Shown piece by piece: positions 27,501-41,203 of a DNA stretch of 64,000 bases (position 1 is the stretch's first letter; the number at the start of each line of letters is the position of its first letter). The stretch lies in the NCBI GenBank assembly GCA_030141605.1, contig JAQGDQ010000033.1, forward strand, positions 988,219-1,052,218, read 5' to 3'. Position numbers and translations under genes: made by a program. Under the pieces are notes generated by a model. That model was given only the letters and a program-made list of their open reading frames with translations. It was not told the DNA's origin and ran no database searches. This stretch comes from Tubiluchus corallicola (lineage: Eukaryota; Animalia; Priapulida).

Positions 27501-29565
27501 ACTGGATACTAGCATACAAAGTTTTTCGGAAGGGTACATGACATTTGTGGACGGCTGTTTGGGCACGGAACATTTTGGGCACGAGACAATTAGGCACCAA
27601 TTAAATTTAATGCTATAGATATTTTTTTTGTTTTTGTATGTTAATTTTTTAATGACCCGCTATAGTTTTTTAGCTCTCACAATATTTTTCTAAGAATCAT
27701 CACTTCACCAGATTAAACGTCATAATGACGAAACAGTTGACTCTGTATATGGCTTTCCACTTTCAGTATTATGTGTATTTTTTAAATACGAAGCAAATGA
27801 GATCGTAAGCTTACGTCAGCATTTTTAGTAAAATATAACAGCGTTTTATTTCAAAATATCTAATGTATCACAAAAATGTGAGTCGAAAAAATTTATTCAC
27901 GTCAAAATTTAGCTTCAGTACAAGTAATGCATCGATTTAACTAGTGTTACACATACATTTATACTACATTTATTGAGCGCTCGTGTGCTTATAATTAGAA
28001 GAAACGACACAGAAATTAGAATGCGTTGTGTACTAGAATCTAGTCAACTAATGAGCCAGTGATGTGATTAACAATAATTGTAAACTTTTCCTCTTTTCTT
28101 TTTTATGTAAATTGTAGTTCTTGCAAAATGCACGATAATAATGAGTTCAGCAACTGTGTGCTATAGGTGGTTATAGTTTTTTCAGTTTAAATTACACGAT
28201 CGAACACACACGAAAGCAAATATTTCTTTCTTACAAAAACTTTACATATTTTAAAGTTATAAAATTACGTGATAAATAATTACTAGTCATGCAATGATCG
28301 AGGACTCCCATAAAAAGTTTAACTTTATGCAGGTAATACTACACAGGTAGGGAAGCGTAATATAGTAGTATATTCTTGTGTGATCGAGGCCAGCGCCCCA
28401 ATCACTTACTCTCAAGTTTTTGGCGCCCAAATGACTGTGCACAGTTATCCCAAGCCCGCGCCTAAATGTCCCCTTTTCGAACATATCAGGCCTTCTCTTC
28501 ACGGTTTTTTTGGCATTCAGTCGCTTCTTTTTGCCTCCGGTTTGCCAACTATACAACTACTTGTGAAAACGCGCTCTTAACAAAAACATAAATTAACGTT
28601 AGTAATTATAGTAATAATTTCGGTGAAATTTGGTTTCAAAAAATGATAATTATAAGTTCAATCCGTCATTAACTGATAATCCGATTCTTTAAGATTTGGG
28701 CATTTCTTGTTAATGCACTATTGCAAGTTCAGTACTTTTGATAGAACTGAACAATAATTGTAATATGTTTAGATTTTGCTGGTAACCCGGCCTCTTTGGA
28801 CTTCTCAGCCTAACTCCTCGCTTTCCGGATGCAGGATATCTGATAATTAATTTCTGCGATTGGCGATCGTTAATTGATTACTAACTTGAAAAAATGCCTG
28901 TCAGCACTTCAAACGCTGTCAAACTGCAAGCTTTGTGGAGTGAAAGGGAAGTTCTTAAAAACTTTGAATTTTGAACCTTAATTTTCTGCCAGACATAATT
29001 TTACAGTTTAATATTCAATACAGGAATCTTAATTCAGTTTTAGTGTTCTTAGGTGGAATTTAAACACTATTCCATTATTTTCAGTTCTATATGACATAGG
29101 CTTTCTAAGATATAAATATTTGTATTACCAGTTGTGAAAAACTATTCAATTTACACTTCTTAGTTTAAATAAAAATACGAGTTAGTTTGTTCACAATGAA
29201 AATCTTAAATTCTAGTCGCATCCTATCCAGACCAGTAAAATGAAATCCGCGCAGTTATCGCAATGCGCCATGCAATGCAGTTGCAATGTAATGCACTTAA
29301 CACAATTTATTTAATAACTAATTTATTATGAATTATTTGGTAAACTAAATTAATGACTGACACGAGTTTAAAATGAGAATAGTTTCAGTTAATGGCCAAA
29401 GTGAGTAAAGTTTAAAAATTCATAATAAACGTGCTATTATTTCATACCAATTTGGCATTCTTCAATTGTTCCTTTCACAACACAGTCTATGAAATATTGA
29501 ATCTGTTGTTTACTTAATTCCTCTCCGTTCCGCTTCGCAATAATTAAATCCGGTACACGAAACAT
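15039..29565 (-). CDS. TYMP: Thymidine phosphorylase (446 aa by manual splicing with either exon 4)
   Basis: Exons (minus): 29565-29448, 26005-25870, 25587-25417, [24763-24639 or 22244-22120], 20573-20455, 18585-18423, 17227-17103, 16473-16371, 16082-15942, 15178-15039. Motifs: [31 protein letters not shown], LYx[28 protein letters not shown]. Last intron is GC-AG. Confidence 0.95.
18735..18819 (+). pseudogene. tRNA-Thr(TGT)-like pseudogene or SINE head in a TYMP intron
   Basis: A-box-like TAGTCTAGCGATC, anticodon-loop-like CTTGTAA, perfect T arm CCTGG-TTCAAAT-CCAGG (18783-18799), followed by a T10 run. Acceptor and anticodon stems pair poorly. Confidence 0.55.
19733..19786. repeat. (ATT)n microsatellite
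   Basis: About 18 perfect ATT units. Confidence 0.95.
21296..21997. mobile_element. MITE with ~25-bp TIRs (Tc1/mariner-pogo-like), containing an (AAT)n tract at 21531-21573
   Basis: Left GGAAGTCGGGGAAATATGAATCAC versus right-end reverse complement GGAAGTCGGGGTAAATTGAAACAC; TA flanks. Confidence 0.65.
22120..22244 (-). CDS. TYMP: TYMP exon 4b (mutually exclusive candidate)
   Basis: 125 nt, CTTCAG| ... |GTATAT, phase 2 to 1, [41 protein letters not shown]. Confidence 0.85.
22698..22962. mobile_element. hAT-like MITE between TYMP exons 4a and 4b
   Basis: Termini CAGCAGCGTAACTA ... TAGTTACGCCACTG; 8-bp flanks TTAGCATT / TTAGCAAG (6/8). Confidence 0.65.
24639..24763 (-). CDS. TYMP: TYMP exon 4a (mutually exclusive candidate)
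   Basis: 125 nt, TTTCAG| ... |GTAGGC, phase 2 to 1, [41 protein letters not shown]. Confidence 0.9.
27525..28480. mobile_element. Probable non-autonomous DNA transposon with inverted subterminal repeats
   Basis: Left end has repeated TTGGGCAC/TTAGGCAC; right end has the inverse GGCGCCCAAA/GCGCCTAAATGTC; AT-rich interior. Confidence 0.45.
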
Positions 29566-29960
29566 TGCGATTGTCAGTAAATGTGATCAACGGCACAGTG
29601 GCAAAGAATTAAGATTACTCATTTACTAAAATCATGAATGAAAACTACGGCTGTTCGCCGATTGGTTTGCAGTGTACGTCAATGGTTTTTGCGGTTGGTG
29701 TTGTAAAAAATTCGGCTCTGCTGAGTGTGCGTCTGTGCAGGCTGAATTTGAAGCCATTGCCAGCAGGTTTAGTACTTGGCAGTCACCTTAGAAACGCGGT
29801 TCCACCTCGGTATCTCTCAGCAACCAGTTATGTGTATACGAGTGGGGCCGCGTTGTTCAATACTTGATCAGGGAGCTAGAATTTTATCCACTTCGTGGCG
29901 CCACAGTCCGCGACTTACGACACTACATAATATGTGAAGTGGACAGTTACTGTGATAGAT
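29566..29960. promoter_or_regulatory. CpG-enriched promoter region of TYMP, possibly shared with UFSP1
   Basis: Local GC/CpG rise immediately upstream of the TYMP ATG; inverted CCAAT (ATTGG 29661-29665). Confidence 0.4.
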
Positions 29961-32449
29961 GCTTGACATGTTAACAAACCGTAATTTGAAAACTAAGAAG
30001 TAACCAGCGTTATTAAACACACGTATTGTGGGTAATCTAGATCTTTGGTATGATGTGTGTGTGTAGTAATGATAGCATGCATGTTTGAGTACCGATTCGA
30101 TAATGTGCTTTTGCGAATTTTGTTTATTGATTAATAATAGTGACAAAAATGTTTTTGATAATTATGTTGTAATGTGAATAGCTCAAATCGGCTGTTGAAA
30201 TCAGCCGCCAATGCTAGTATCATCTGGTCAGGATATTAAGTGGGGGAAAGTGGAAATCTGATCATCCTAGTGACCTGTATAGACCGGGCGTATCAAGACT
30301 TTACGACGCTCTAGGCTGATAGTTCTGTCCCACCCATCTCTAATGTAAATTTATGGTTGCTTATGTAATGAGCAGATTAAACAGTAATTTGTGATGTATT
30401 AGAAACACCATTAACCTTGTTTCTACGTGGTCATTATTAATTACATGTATTTGCATAGCGCTTATATTCCAGCAGGTTACACAACTGTTTGCTGTGTAAT
30501 ACTTGCAGCTGTTCGTTATATGGCACTTATATAAAAGATGCTCTCAGTAACAGCCTGTGGTGTGTTATAAAATGCCATGACCTTCGAAGGTGGTGTCTTG
30601 GGAATCACTTACAGAGGTTATAAAATTTATTATTCATTGTTCTTAGGTCTCAAGAGATGTATTTATGCGTACCAGTATGTAGGGTTTCAGGCCTCAGTCT
30701 GTCCCGTCTTATACAGAGTGAGGGGGCTGAATTTAGGCTGGAAAGTTTGCAAAGAAGTAAGTGCTATGCAAACTTAGGATTATGTAGCAATCATTTTGTA
30801 AAGTCTATTGTAAAAAACAAGACTAGAATAAGATAGAGACTTTTAAAGTCTTGTCACATTTTTGACTGGATCTCAACTATTTAATAGAAAAGCAGTAAAT
30901 CATGTCAAATTTTCATAAATACGAAGTAAAGCTTAGTTACCAAAATATACCAATTTAAACAAGTTTTGCTAACTTCTTTTCGAGTACTCAACATTTTCTT
31001 TTCCATGTATAGCCAAAAATATATCTATAGGACTAATAACTTGCAATGGCAAATTGTAGTTAACAGGCAAGCACGCAGTGCACCACAATCGAGCAACTAC
31101 GAGTGACGAACTTGATAGTTTAGTTATACGTAGTTAAACTCAAAGTAGTAAAATAGTAACTTTTGAGACGTACATGCATGTTTAAACTGTAATGCTTTTT
31201 ACAGAAGTAAATAACTCTGCAAAAATTGCTTAACCGGGACTGTGATGCAAAACTAAAATGCTATGACCTCGCGAAAATTCTGTAATCTTTTTATTGCAAT
31301 ACCAGCCTTAGGCACCACAAGATTCTGTATACACATAACAGTACATACCTTTAGCAAAGAAAATTAGTTTACTTATTCTGAGTGCTTGGCTACCCACAGT
31401 AGCAACAATTCCAGAGAAGGAAACTCTGTCAGTGGCAAGATCTAGTAGCAAGTGGTTGTATAGAGATAGATGACATTTGCTTAGCGCAGGTGAGGCACAG
31501 ATATCCCTTGGGGTAGGCATATTTCTTAGGGGAGGATCACAGGCAACAAAGAGGACTTATATGGCCTGGACAGACTCTTCCAGATGCACCACATAGCCAG
31601 GAGTACAGGTGTCATCCTAGGTCGATAGTGGTCCCACTCACAGGTGTTGGGTTACGACATAACAACTTAATTACAGTAAATTGCACCTCGTATTTATATT
31701 TAAGCCTTTCTAACGACAACACCAATGATGTCACCAAACTAAAATCTAGAACTTATGACGTCACCTAATCTGATAATGGGCACTTGAATGGAATAAAACC
31801 AATTAAAGAGAGAAAGATTTCTCATAAGCAAATTGAATTTAATGATTTCTTTGACAACTAAAAATGGCACAATAACATTGGATCATGTGGAATGATTAGG
31901 AATATGAAAATGAGGTAATGAAAGTATAAAGGAGAACTATTGAAAATTTAAGCTGATACCTGGCGTGCTAAAAACACTTTGGCCAGTATCATAATTAGAA
32001 TTTACGATGAAGTCACAATATTTAAGTAACTTTTATTTACTTTATATCACAATCAGAAAGTCTTCACTTGTTAGTTGATGATGACTGTTTTTAATCTCGG
32101 CATTCTTCTGCATGCAGGTCTTCATTTTAATTGTTCATGTTAAAGGAAAGGACAAGTCACTTATCATGTTGGGTTTATTTTACTCTTATCACTTAAACTT
32201 ATAAAAATAAAACAAAACAATTTACACAAAAGCTGTCTATAAAGTGTAAAGTTAATTTATTTTGCCAGCGATCATAATTCACTTTAAAAGTATGACGTAA
32301 CTGGAGGAGCCTTTTATAAGCGCATTGTGGCTTTGTGCCGCTATTTAAACCAATTTAAACTTTGCAGCTTACCTAATGTTTGCAAAATTGTCAGAAAATT
32401 CGATGTCTATTTTTTTGTCAAGACTTATTATACTCTTGATGGAAATTGA

Positions 32450-33480
32450 CAGTGTGCTGCTTTTCTTCAGTCAGAGAATGACATCACTGATTGAAGAATG
32501 GGGATTCAAAATGGGAGCACCCAAGGGTGAAATGATCCCAACTTTAAAGTAATTTACTAATTACACGAAGCCTTTATCACACTCTTACTACTAAGGCCCT
32601 CTAAAGAATATTGTGAACGTTAAAATAAGCGTACTTCCTTAAAGATTGACCTTTCATTTAGCCCAAAGACAATTTTTACAAGAATTTCCATTGCAGTGAA
32701 TTCTTGCAAGAGAGTTGCTTATTCTTGAGCAATCACCTTTTCTATTGTGCTAGTGCAGTAGACTCTTTCGAGGAACCCTTTCTGGAGTAACAGGAACAGG
32801 GTCTTTTTCGCAGAGTCAAGAGTATCTCAAAGTTGAACAAGCTAGCTTGACTCCTTATTCTTCCACCATTGACGGTGCCATTGGCATCAGGACTCTGGCC
32901 TAGCAGTGGAAATAGTTTTGTAAAATCCTCCTTGTAGCCTAGAAATGTCAGTCTGAAGCTGCGTTCGACTCACTTAGTGTTGGCTTTTTCTGGCTCTTTG
33001 AAAGGATCAGGTTCCATTCTAAATTTATCCTTAAGGTGTCCCCATGTTAACACATCTACCACCTCTATTAGCCAATCCTGGCCAGATAAATCCTCTCCTG
33101 TTCTCTGCCAGTCAACTGTTTCTGCCTTTGGAGTGACCAACTTCTCTGTTTCCAGCAGATGGCATGCATAGAACTTCATGCCTACCTCAGGCATTTAGCT
33201 ATGCAATTTTTCCTGAGCTGGTGGCAAACACATAAGTAAAGTAATGAACACACTAGCATCAGTCGTTGGGAGGTAAAGTTTTGAAGGCGACTGCAGGGGT
33301 TTCAGTAGCCACTTTCTTCACAAATTTTCTGAACCCTGAAAGCATTAAGAGCATTATCAACTTTTCAGTTGTAAACATTTTTTAGAGCCACCTCTTGCTT
33401 TAAACACTTTATGGGTTATTGGTAGCCCCTTCTCAGATCTCTGCTAGGATATCTTCAGGTTTTCCATTTATACCTACAAT
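32450..33480 (-). mobile_element. Heavily degraded retroelement-like coding remnant (possible Ty3/Gypsy gag)
   Basis: GC-richer block with broken frames; ORF 33194-32970 has GQDWLIEVVDVLTWGHLKDKFRM, resembling the W..(S/T)W..LK..F pattern of retrotransposon gag. No RT or integrase motif seen. Confidence 0.3.
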
Positions 33481-34820
33481 AGCAGGATGCAGTACGATAT
33501 CCATATTTTTGTTGTAGGTAAAACAGCATCACTGAAGAAAATTACATTAAATTTTTCAAGAAACAAGCTGAAATCTGTGCTGGTAAGCCTAATTTGCCAA
33601 TTACATGTATTTTGCACAAAATGCCACAAGCAATGCCAGTGACCATCTAGGGAAAGTGCTACAGAAAAAAGTGAGATTGTGAATGCAGATTCAAAAATAG
33701 ATTCATTGTAACTAATTTTTAATGATTGGATTTTATTGACTGTTAACGTTCTTGAAGTGGGCGAATTTTAAGTTAACAAGGAAGCAGTTTGCTGGTAATA
33801 ACTTTCACAAGGTAAAAGCGTGAGGGCAAAAAGTAAAATTTTAACAATGACTGAAGTAACTTTAACAATGACTAAAGATGTGCGTGTTAATGCTTGGTAT
33901 AATTTTTGTTTGACAGAAACCCTGATTTCTTGTACAACAATTTATCGTATTCAGTTTCGACCAGGAGTAGGTACATTGGTGGTCATTTCGAATTAATGTT
34001 ATTTAGGACATTTGGCCTGGGTTGATTTTGATTTAGAGCTGCTGAGGCCATGTACGACTCAACCCAACTGAGAATGTTTCTGTTGCAGTTTGTTTAGAGT
34101 CACCCCATTTTTTCTAGGCGGAATAACCAGACATGTTAAGAAAAAACTAGCAGACAATATGGGCTGAAAGTAAAACTGTTCAAAATTTTTATAGTTGAGA
34201 TACTGGCTAAAACGGCATTTCCTAATCTTCTTTGAACCATGGCCCAGCCCAGGTGGCTTTTGGGAGAAAACATCGAGGCCCACTGTGGACGGGTCACACT
34301 TAGCTTTTGGCAAAATTTATTCTTGTTGCTTCTGATGTTGAATAAAAGGCTGACGAACGAAAATTCTATCAAACTGAAGTTCTTGTTAGGCTAGGTTTTT
34401 TTAAACATAAATCTTTTTCCAGCCTTTGATAGCACCTCTTTATATGTCACAAAAGTGGTAAAAAAAAAACAAAGATTCAAGATTATTTTGCCTGTCTTTT
34501 ATATTATTATCCATTTAACGAATATAGGCTCATCGAAAAGCCTGCTTAAAGGTTATTTGCTCTTGCTTTGTCGGCTACTCTTCATCTCATTGAGATAAAC
34601 TCGTAATTGTTACTTGTGATTATTGGCTAGTTAGTTATACGAATTATGGCAGCTTGGGTTAAAATTATAATTCATGCATATTTATTCTGTACTGCATGTT
34701 TATCCATATACTGTAATCATTAATCCATAACAGTAATGAGCACTTAATTAGTACCATATTACATTAAGATTGGACAATGTGTATTAAAACAAAGTCTCTT
34801 CATGCTTTTTGCTAGACTTG

Positions 34821-36937
34821 ATGCTGAATAATGTTCATGAAGATTTGTCTTTGCCCAAAGAAATAGCAGAAGCTGCTCTTGTTAAAGGAAATTACCAGTA
34901 TTACCATTACTTGTGTGATGGCCACGATGATAGGGTAAGCTAACTTTTTTGCTCTTTCATATATTAGAACTTGAATAAGACTATGTGTTGCTGACCAGCT
35001 AGAAGTTATTGCAATTATTAGGCTTGGACAATGCTTCTAAGAACAGACCATCCTATATCCTTATGCCAACCATTTTTGTGGTGTGTAATATTATTGCTGG
35101 CTGAGTTGGTGTTTCTTTTTGCACTACTTGATAAAACAGTTATCATTCTGAATTGATCAGAATTTGATGGGATTTCTGAGCATTAGATTGGTCAGTAACT
35201 GGTACTGGATCAGCTTTAATCAATCTTAAAAGTCATTGGTTGGGGAAGATCAGTTTTTGTCAGTATTGTATTTGAAGAAAGATTTTCCACAGTTCCAATT
35301 TGTTCCAAGGTCTGTCTTACTTGGCTCAGAACTTTCTTAAAGTACTTAGTGACATGCATGAGGTATATAACTATTATCATACTTTTCTAGTTTTTTTCTA
35401 AAGCTGCTTTTTAAAACTCTCTACTAACCTGAGAGATAGGCATTACATTTTCTTTTGAATATCACCTGGAACAATACCAGCAGAATTTTTCGATCTTTCA
35501 ACCGTTTTTGTGGTCATGGATCTCATTCTTGCTGATTCATACAGTCTCTAGTTAATGCTTATAATCGTTTACATTTAATATGAGTGGCACTGCCTAGTTT
35601 GGGAATGCTCTTGCAAAATATTATAATAGTCAAAATCATTGTTGTTCAGAATAGTAAGTTGCAGTAGCAACTTATATTACAGAATTACTGTGTAAATGCA
35701 ATTCAAATAATAAATTAATTACAGGTAATGGTTTAACTTGTGTATTTTATTTCATTTGTTTGCTAAAAATTGCATTTCAATTGTTTATACAAGTTTTACT
35801 GTTGTTTTCTGAAATTCTTGTGTTTGTAATTTGTAATAAAACAATTGATTTTACAGGGCTGGGGCTGTGGCTATCGGACACTACAAACTCTTTGCTCCTG
35901 GGTGAAAGGTCAACTTGAGTCAAAAGGAGGCAGTTCTAGGGAAGTTCCAGACATATTGTCTATGCAGCAAGCATTGCTGGACATGAAAGATAAACCAGGA
36001 TCATTTGCGGGATCAAAGGAGTGGATAGGCAGCTTTGAAGCCTGCCTTATCATTGATCATTTTTATAATGTAAGCATAAAAACGTTTAATTTGCAATTTA
36101 CCAATTAGACTTAATCTCAAAATTTTTTGTTTACTTTTGAATTTTATAGATTTGCTGTTTGTTATGCAGGTACCTTGCAAGATCATACACTTAAATTATG
36201 GGTCACAGCTCCAGCAGCATAGTGATGATATCATTACGCATTTTCGCATCTTTGGATCTCCCATAATGATGGGTGGAAACACTGATAGTTCTTCAAAAGG
36301 CATATTGGGTGTTTCAAGAATTAAAGAGAAAATTTACTTGTTAGTCTTGGTAAGACACATCATTCACGTGATATGATTTGAATAAAATCAGTAATAATAC
36401 TGTCAATTAGCCTCTCGTGGATTACCCATGTTGTAGATTATATGCACATTACTGCACGCTATTAGTTTCTTACCTTAGCATAAGAACATACCATGTGGCT
36501 TCCATATAAATGAGAGACTGGTGCTCACATTATCTAGTATACATTTGAATATTAGTTTGTCAAATGCAGTGTGAGGTTCTTGTGTATTAATTTTGTTTAA
36601 TCTGTCTATCAGCAAATTTTGTATTTAAAAGATTTCAGAGTGCTAGCAATGAGCAAAACTATTTATGGATTCCTTCAAATTAGACATGGAACTAACATAT
36701 TAAAAGCAGTCTTGACAGTTTAATTTGTCATTGTTAAATTTATTTTATGCCACGTATCATGTCATTACATGTATTATTCTTTACAAAATATTTTTTTGTG
36801 TGTAGGATCCACATTTTGTTGGCAAGCCAAACAGAAAATTATTGCAGGACGAGGGATGGGTGCAATGGAAGTCATTGAGTGATTTCAGCTCCTCTTCATT
36901 TTACAATTTGTGCTGCCCACAATTAGAAGCTAGTTGA
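34821..36937 (+). CDS. UFSP1: Ufm1-specific protease, short UFSP1 type (peptidase C78), 212 aa from ATG 34821
   Basis: Exons 34816-34934, 35857-36069, 36170-36349, 36806-36937. Motifs [27 protein letters not shown] (catalytic Cys), [21 protein letters not shown] (Asp/His), FYNLCCPQ. No long UFSP2-type N-terminus found. An acceptor before the ATG implies an upstream exon. Confidence 0.88.
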
Positions 36938-38379
36938 CGACTCATTTCTTATGTAATTTAATGTATAATTATTGGAAATTCATTTGCGTATTTATGATTT
37001 CTGTTGAATTTATATTTTGCGAAAATAAAATAAACAAAATACACATTATTCCGTTCACAACTATACAGGTGTATGGAATTTACGAAATATCAGCACTTGC
37101 TGTTGCAACTGATTGTCACACTGCATGAGAGACTAGAAGTAGCTGACATTTTACAATTTTCGTGTTATTTAATTAACTTTAAATTAAGTAGCACTCAAAA
37201 TATATTGTACACCTTAAATAAATAGTATAATTATACACTACACAGTACACATTAGACTGTAACATTTCTGGTCCTGAATTAAATATGGAAACTAAAATAA
37301 CAGAATAAAACAGCTAGCATTATGGTTTAATTATTCCTAAAACCATAACTTTAACAAACTTTAACATTACAACAAACCAGTTCTTTGAAACAATGTCATT
37401 TAAGTCATTTGAAAATTTCAGCATAATACATGTAACAGACAAAACGCTAGAGCATTAAGCAAGGTCACTACTTTTGATACAGTATACATCTCATCTATCT
37501 ATACACGTCTGTAAATTTACAAAATTATGCAGACGTTTCATTCATCAAACTTAAGTGAACATTACTTCATCAATACTCGTTTCTTTAGCTTCTATACATA
37601 AACATGAAGCAATTTAAAATATTGACCTTTTACAAACCTCTAGAGCAGAAATTAACGACTGGAAGTAAATGAGTACGGTTTAAGACTGCATAAAAAGTTG
37701 CTGTGAAAAACAGTTGTCCTAAAAACCTGTACTCGTATGGTTTTAGTGAAACGTAGGAATTAAGCCCACTTTTTAGAGACTCTAACTTTGAGGACTGTGG
37801 CCTGAGTGATTTCTTAATCATTTCTAAATTACCGGGTACACATTCACTCTACAGACTTGCATTATCTCTTATCTGAATTCTTATCTTTAGAAGAGTTTTT
37901 TATCTTTTATCAGAAGTAACAATGAAGAATCAACACTTGGTGATAAGGGATTGACATGTTTATTTCTATCTACTTATTCACTATAATTATTGCTAAAATG
38001 TTTATAATGATTCTAGGAAGTAATGTCTAAGAAAGAGCAAAGCTAATTATTTGTCGATTTCTATTTGAATATTTTATATGCTACTGTAATTTTACATTAA
38101 TGTACATTTCTACATTAACTTAAAAGGTACATCAGCTTATAACTCTTCTCCTTTCTTATGAACAGACGTCTCCATATTATTCATAATACAGTATTACTTG
38201 CAACAACTTTGCAGACAGATAGGTGTTGCCGCCAAGCAATTCTATTAAATTAATCATTTGGCAACACAAATTAGTGTACATTTGAAAATTTGGTATCATA
38301 GTGATTGTGTCTCGAACAAAACTAAAGTAGACCAAGAGTGTAGATTTTAATAATAAAACTTACTACGCTGTACAAGTAA

Positions 38380-38989
38380 TTATTTTAATTAATAATACGT
38401 TGAATGCAGAGTTTTCTTGTTTTCTGGCTATTTGCTAAATTAGGCTATATACTGCACATATTAAAACCACTGGGAAAAAGAATAAGAGACTAGTGTCAAT
38501 TACATTAATAAATATGTAGGACCATTCAACGTTAAAAATACCTTCATTCCATACATACAGTTAGAAACCAACAGTCTATAGGGCAAAGACCAATTTTGTT
38601 TTTGTTGCATAAATATTGTATTTGTACGGATGCAAAACAGCTAAATACCTTTCTGCAACTATTAGGCAAAGGTGCATTACACTAGCATTTGTCATCCAAA
38701 CAGCAAGAAATTCTAGGACTTCAATAAAGGTTATAATATAGATTCTATCTTTCACCACATTGCTGATCATGAAAATAAGTTCGAAAGCAATTAATAAATC
38801 AGTAACAGCCAAGGAAACGATCAGTGCATTTACGTTCGTCTGTAACTGCTCATACATGTACACAGCGATGTGGACTAACAAATTTCCAATAAGTATAGCA
38901 ACATCAGACAATACCATCACAAATATAAGAATCACTTTGTGCTGGTGGTTAATGCTGACTGTTACATCGGTTGGTGATTGATTAGCCAT
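38380..38989 (-). pseudogene. Intronless rhodopsin-class (family A) GPCR pseudogene
   Basis: GNLLV (TM1), SLAVTDLL (TM2), HLCLIVAERYLAVLHP (TM3), then in-frame stops at 38578-38576, 38563-38561 and 38437-38435. TM5/ICL3 remnant FFFPVVLICAVYSLI*QIARKQ lies in the same frame; TM4 is largely missing and TM6-7 are unrecognisable. Confidence 0.8.
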
Positions 38990-40352
38990 GACAGACAAAG
39001 AAGCCAAATTTTACAGCACCAAAACACGTGCTTGTAGAAAGTAAAATCTATAACTTTAACCAAGCGATATTAAAATAATCTGCCAAGAAAAACAGCTACA
39101 GTATAATTATTTTAAGACGTATCCACTTTAAGCAAAAAGTACCTTATCTCAGTATCACAGTAACAGAGATGAAACACAAGCACCCGTGATGCCTTTGCAT
39201 ACTCACTGCGCACAATCATACTATTGCAAATAACTGAAAGCAAGTTGGTGCCTTAATCGCTGCACGCTAATGAAACAGTACTTCATGCATCAGCTCATAA
39301 AACATCTTCACAAGTTAGGTTGTCCTACGTCGCAATATTTGTTCTATTGTTATATAATTAGCTATGACAGCAACAGTATCGATATTCCTGTCCATAGTAA
39401 CCATTCTATTTTATTAGGAAAGGTACAAAGCACAGTCCATAATGGAAAAGCAATATTGTTTTCATTAGTATTCTTATGTCAATAAACATAGGAATGAATG
39501 ACAAAAGGGCCCATATCATTACAGTATTACCATTGGTATCACATTGCGCAAATGTCCTGCAGTAGCAGGCTGTAATTTATGTTTTCCCGTTTCCTTGGTA
39601 TCACTAAAGCTTGATCATCTAATAATTTTAAACAAGTGCAGCATTTGCTCTGACACTTGCTAATTGCATTTCATGAGCAATTAGCTGAGCAAAGTTCTAT
39701 TTGGCTGCCAGAATGATTGTTTGGCCAGATTCATGAAAACTAACAATCAATGTAACCAATGTAAGTATCATCTCATGTGTCAATATTTGCTGATGAAAAA
39801 TGTATACTGGATGAACAAGCTGTGCAAATAGCAGCTGGAGCAATTATATTAAATTTTAATGTAGAAAAGTGTTCAAAAATCCAAATATAAGTTCAGGATA
39901 AGATGGAAGAGCTAATTAAAAGAAAAAGACCTGATGGCTTTCTGTCAGTAAGAATTTAAAATTTTCTCTTTAGGGTGGAATTGCTGCAACAAAGGCTCAT
40001 CAGTCATCACACATTAGCAATTCTTAGGTAGATGTTTCAGTTTTGGGAGAGATTTATTCTTAACATGCTAAAAACACATATTAGGCATATCAAGTATTCA
40101 ATACAAGTGTAATCACCAGCAAAAGAACTTCCAACCATTGGAATAAGAAAAAAGAGCTGTGAGTTTAGTGCTTGGAGCACAGACCAGGAAATTCTTTTTT
40201 TTGATTTATATTTAGTGGATTCTTGGGACAACAAGAGGTGGCTCTTGAGAAGTTCCGAACTGTCAACGGATCTAACAAATTAGACAAAGTCCTCTTTTTC
40301 CAGAAAAGAACATCAACAAGCTTAAGCAGTCACTAATATAAGATGTTTAGAG

Positions 40353-40634
40353 CAGTGGTTCCCAACTTTTTTTATGTCCATTGCCCAGTCGGCCGTCAGA
40401 AGAAAACACCAAGGCTCACTTTGGAATATGGACCACCATGGATTTGTCTTTGGCAACTATGCGTGTTCAAATGAAAACACTATTAAAATGAAGCTTTTCG
40501 TTATTGGATTACTTATTGTTTTTTTTACAGGATTTTCTATTCTATGACAGAACCTTCTCTTAATTCACAACAAAGAAAAAGGAAAAAAATATTTGATCAG
40601 ACTGCATAGCCTATCCACTGGTTGCCAAATGCTG
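40353..40634. mobile_element. hAT (Charlie-like) MITE
   Basis: CAGTGGTTCCCAAC ... GGTTGCCAAATGCTG termini; flanks GTTTAGAG / GTTTAGGA. Confidence 0.65.
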
Positions 40635-41203
40635 GTTTAGGAGCTGGAGCAATCTTTGATTGAATTTGTTTGCCAACAGACCAGCAATGCTGTGGAATTG
40701 TCTACTGAGTTATATAGGAAGTGCACCAGTACTTGCTATCTTTAACAATAGACTTGATAAGCTTCGGAAAAAAGATTGCATTATTATATATTGCAATTAA
40801 TATCACACCAATATATCACTGGTAAGCAATGTCTGTTTCAATGTAGTTCATGTGTTTGCAAGCCACAAATTAACAGCGCTGAATTTGTTTATTTTTGTTT
40901 ACTGCCTGTTTACAATATAATCTTGACTTTATCAAACAGTTTTTCTTCCTGGATACTATAAATATAAATTGCTTCATAACACAAATGTGGTTCACCAATT
41001 TCTAAAATTAAAGTTCAACTTAGGCTGCAAATTCATAGTAAAAATTTCCCACAAGTGGTATGTGATCACCTACACCATAAAGTTAATAAATACACTTGCC
41101 TTAGGCTGACAACCTAGAATTTTGTTTAGGCCTACTTAGTATTGCCGTATTAGGTATAGAGTGGAATCTCATTTCCTAAATTATCTTTAAGGAACATCTA
41201 GTG

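Noticed and set aside
31311-31659. Possible LTR (minus strand TGT...ACA) followed by a TGGTGCC primer-binding-like site
   Set aside because: No second LTR or TSD found, and its position relative to the gag-like remnant does not fit a 5' LTR.
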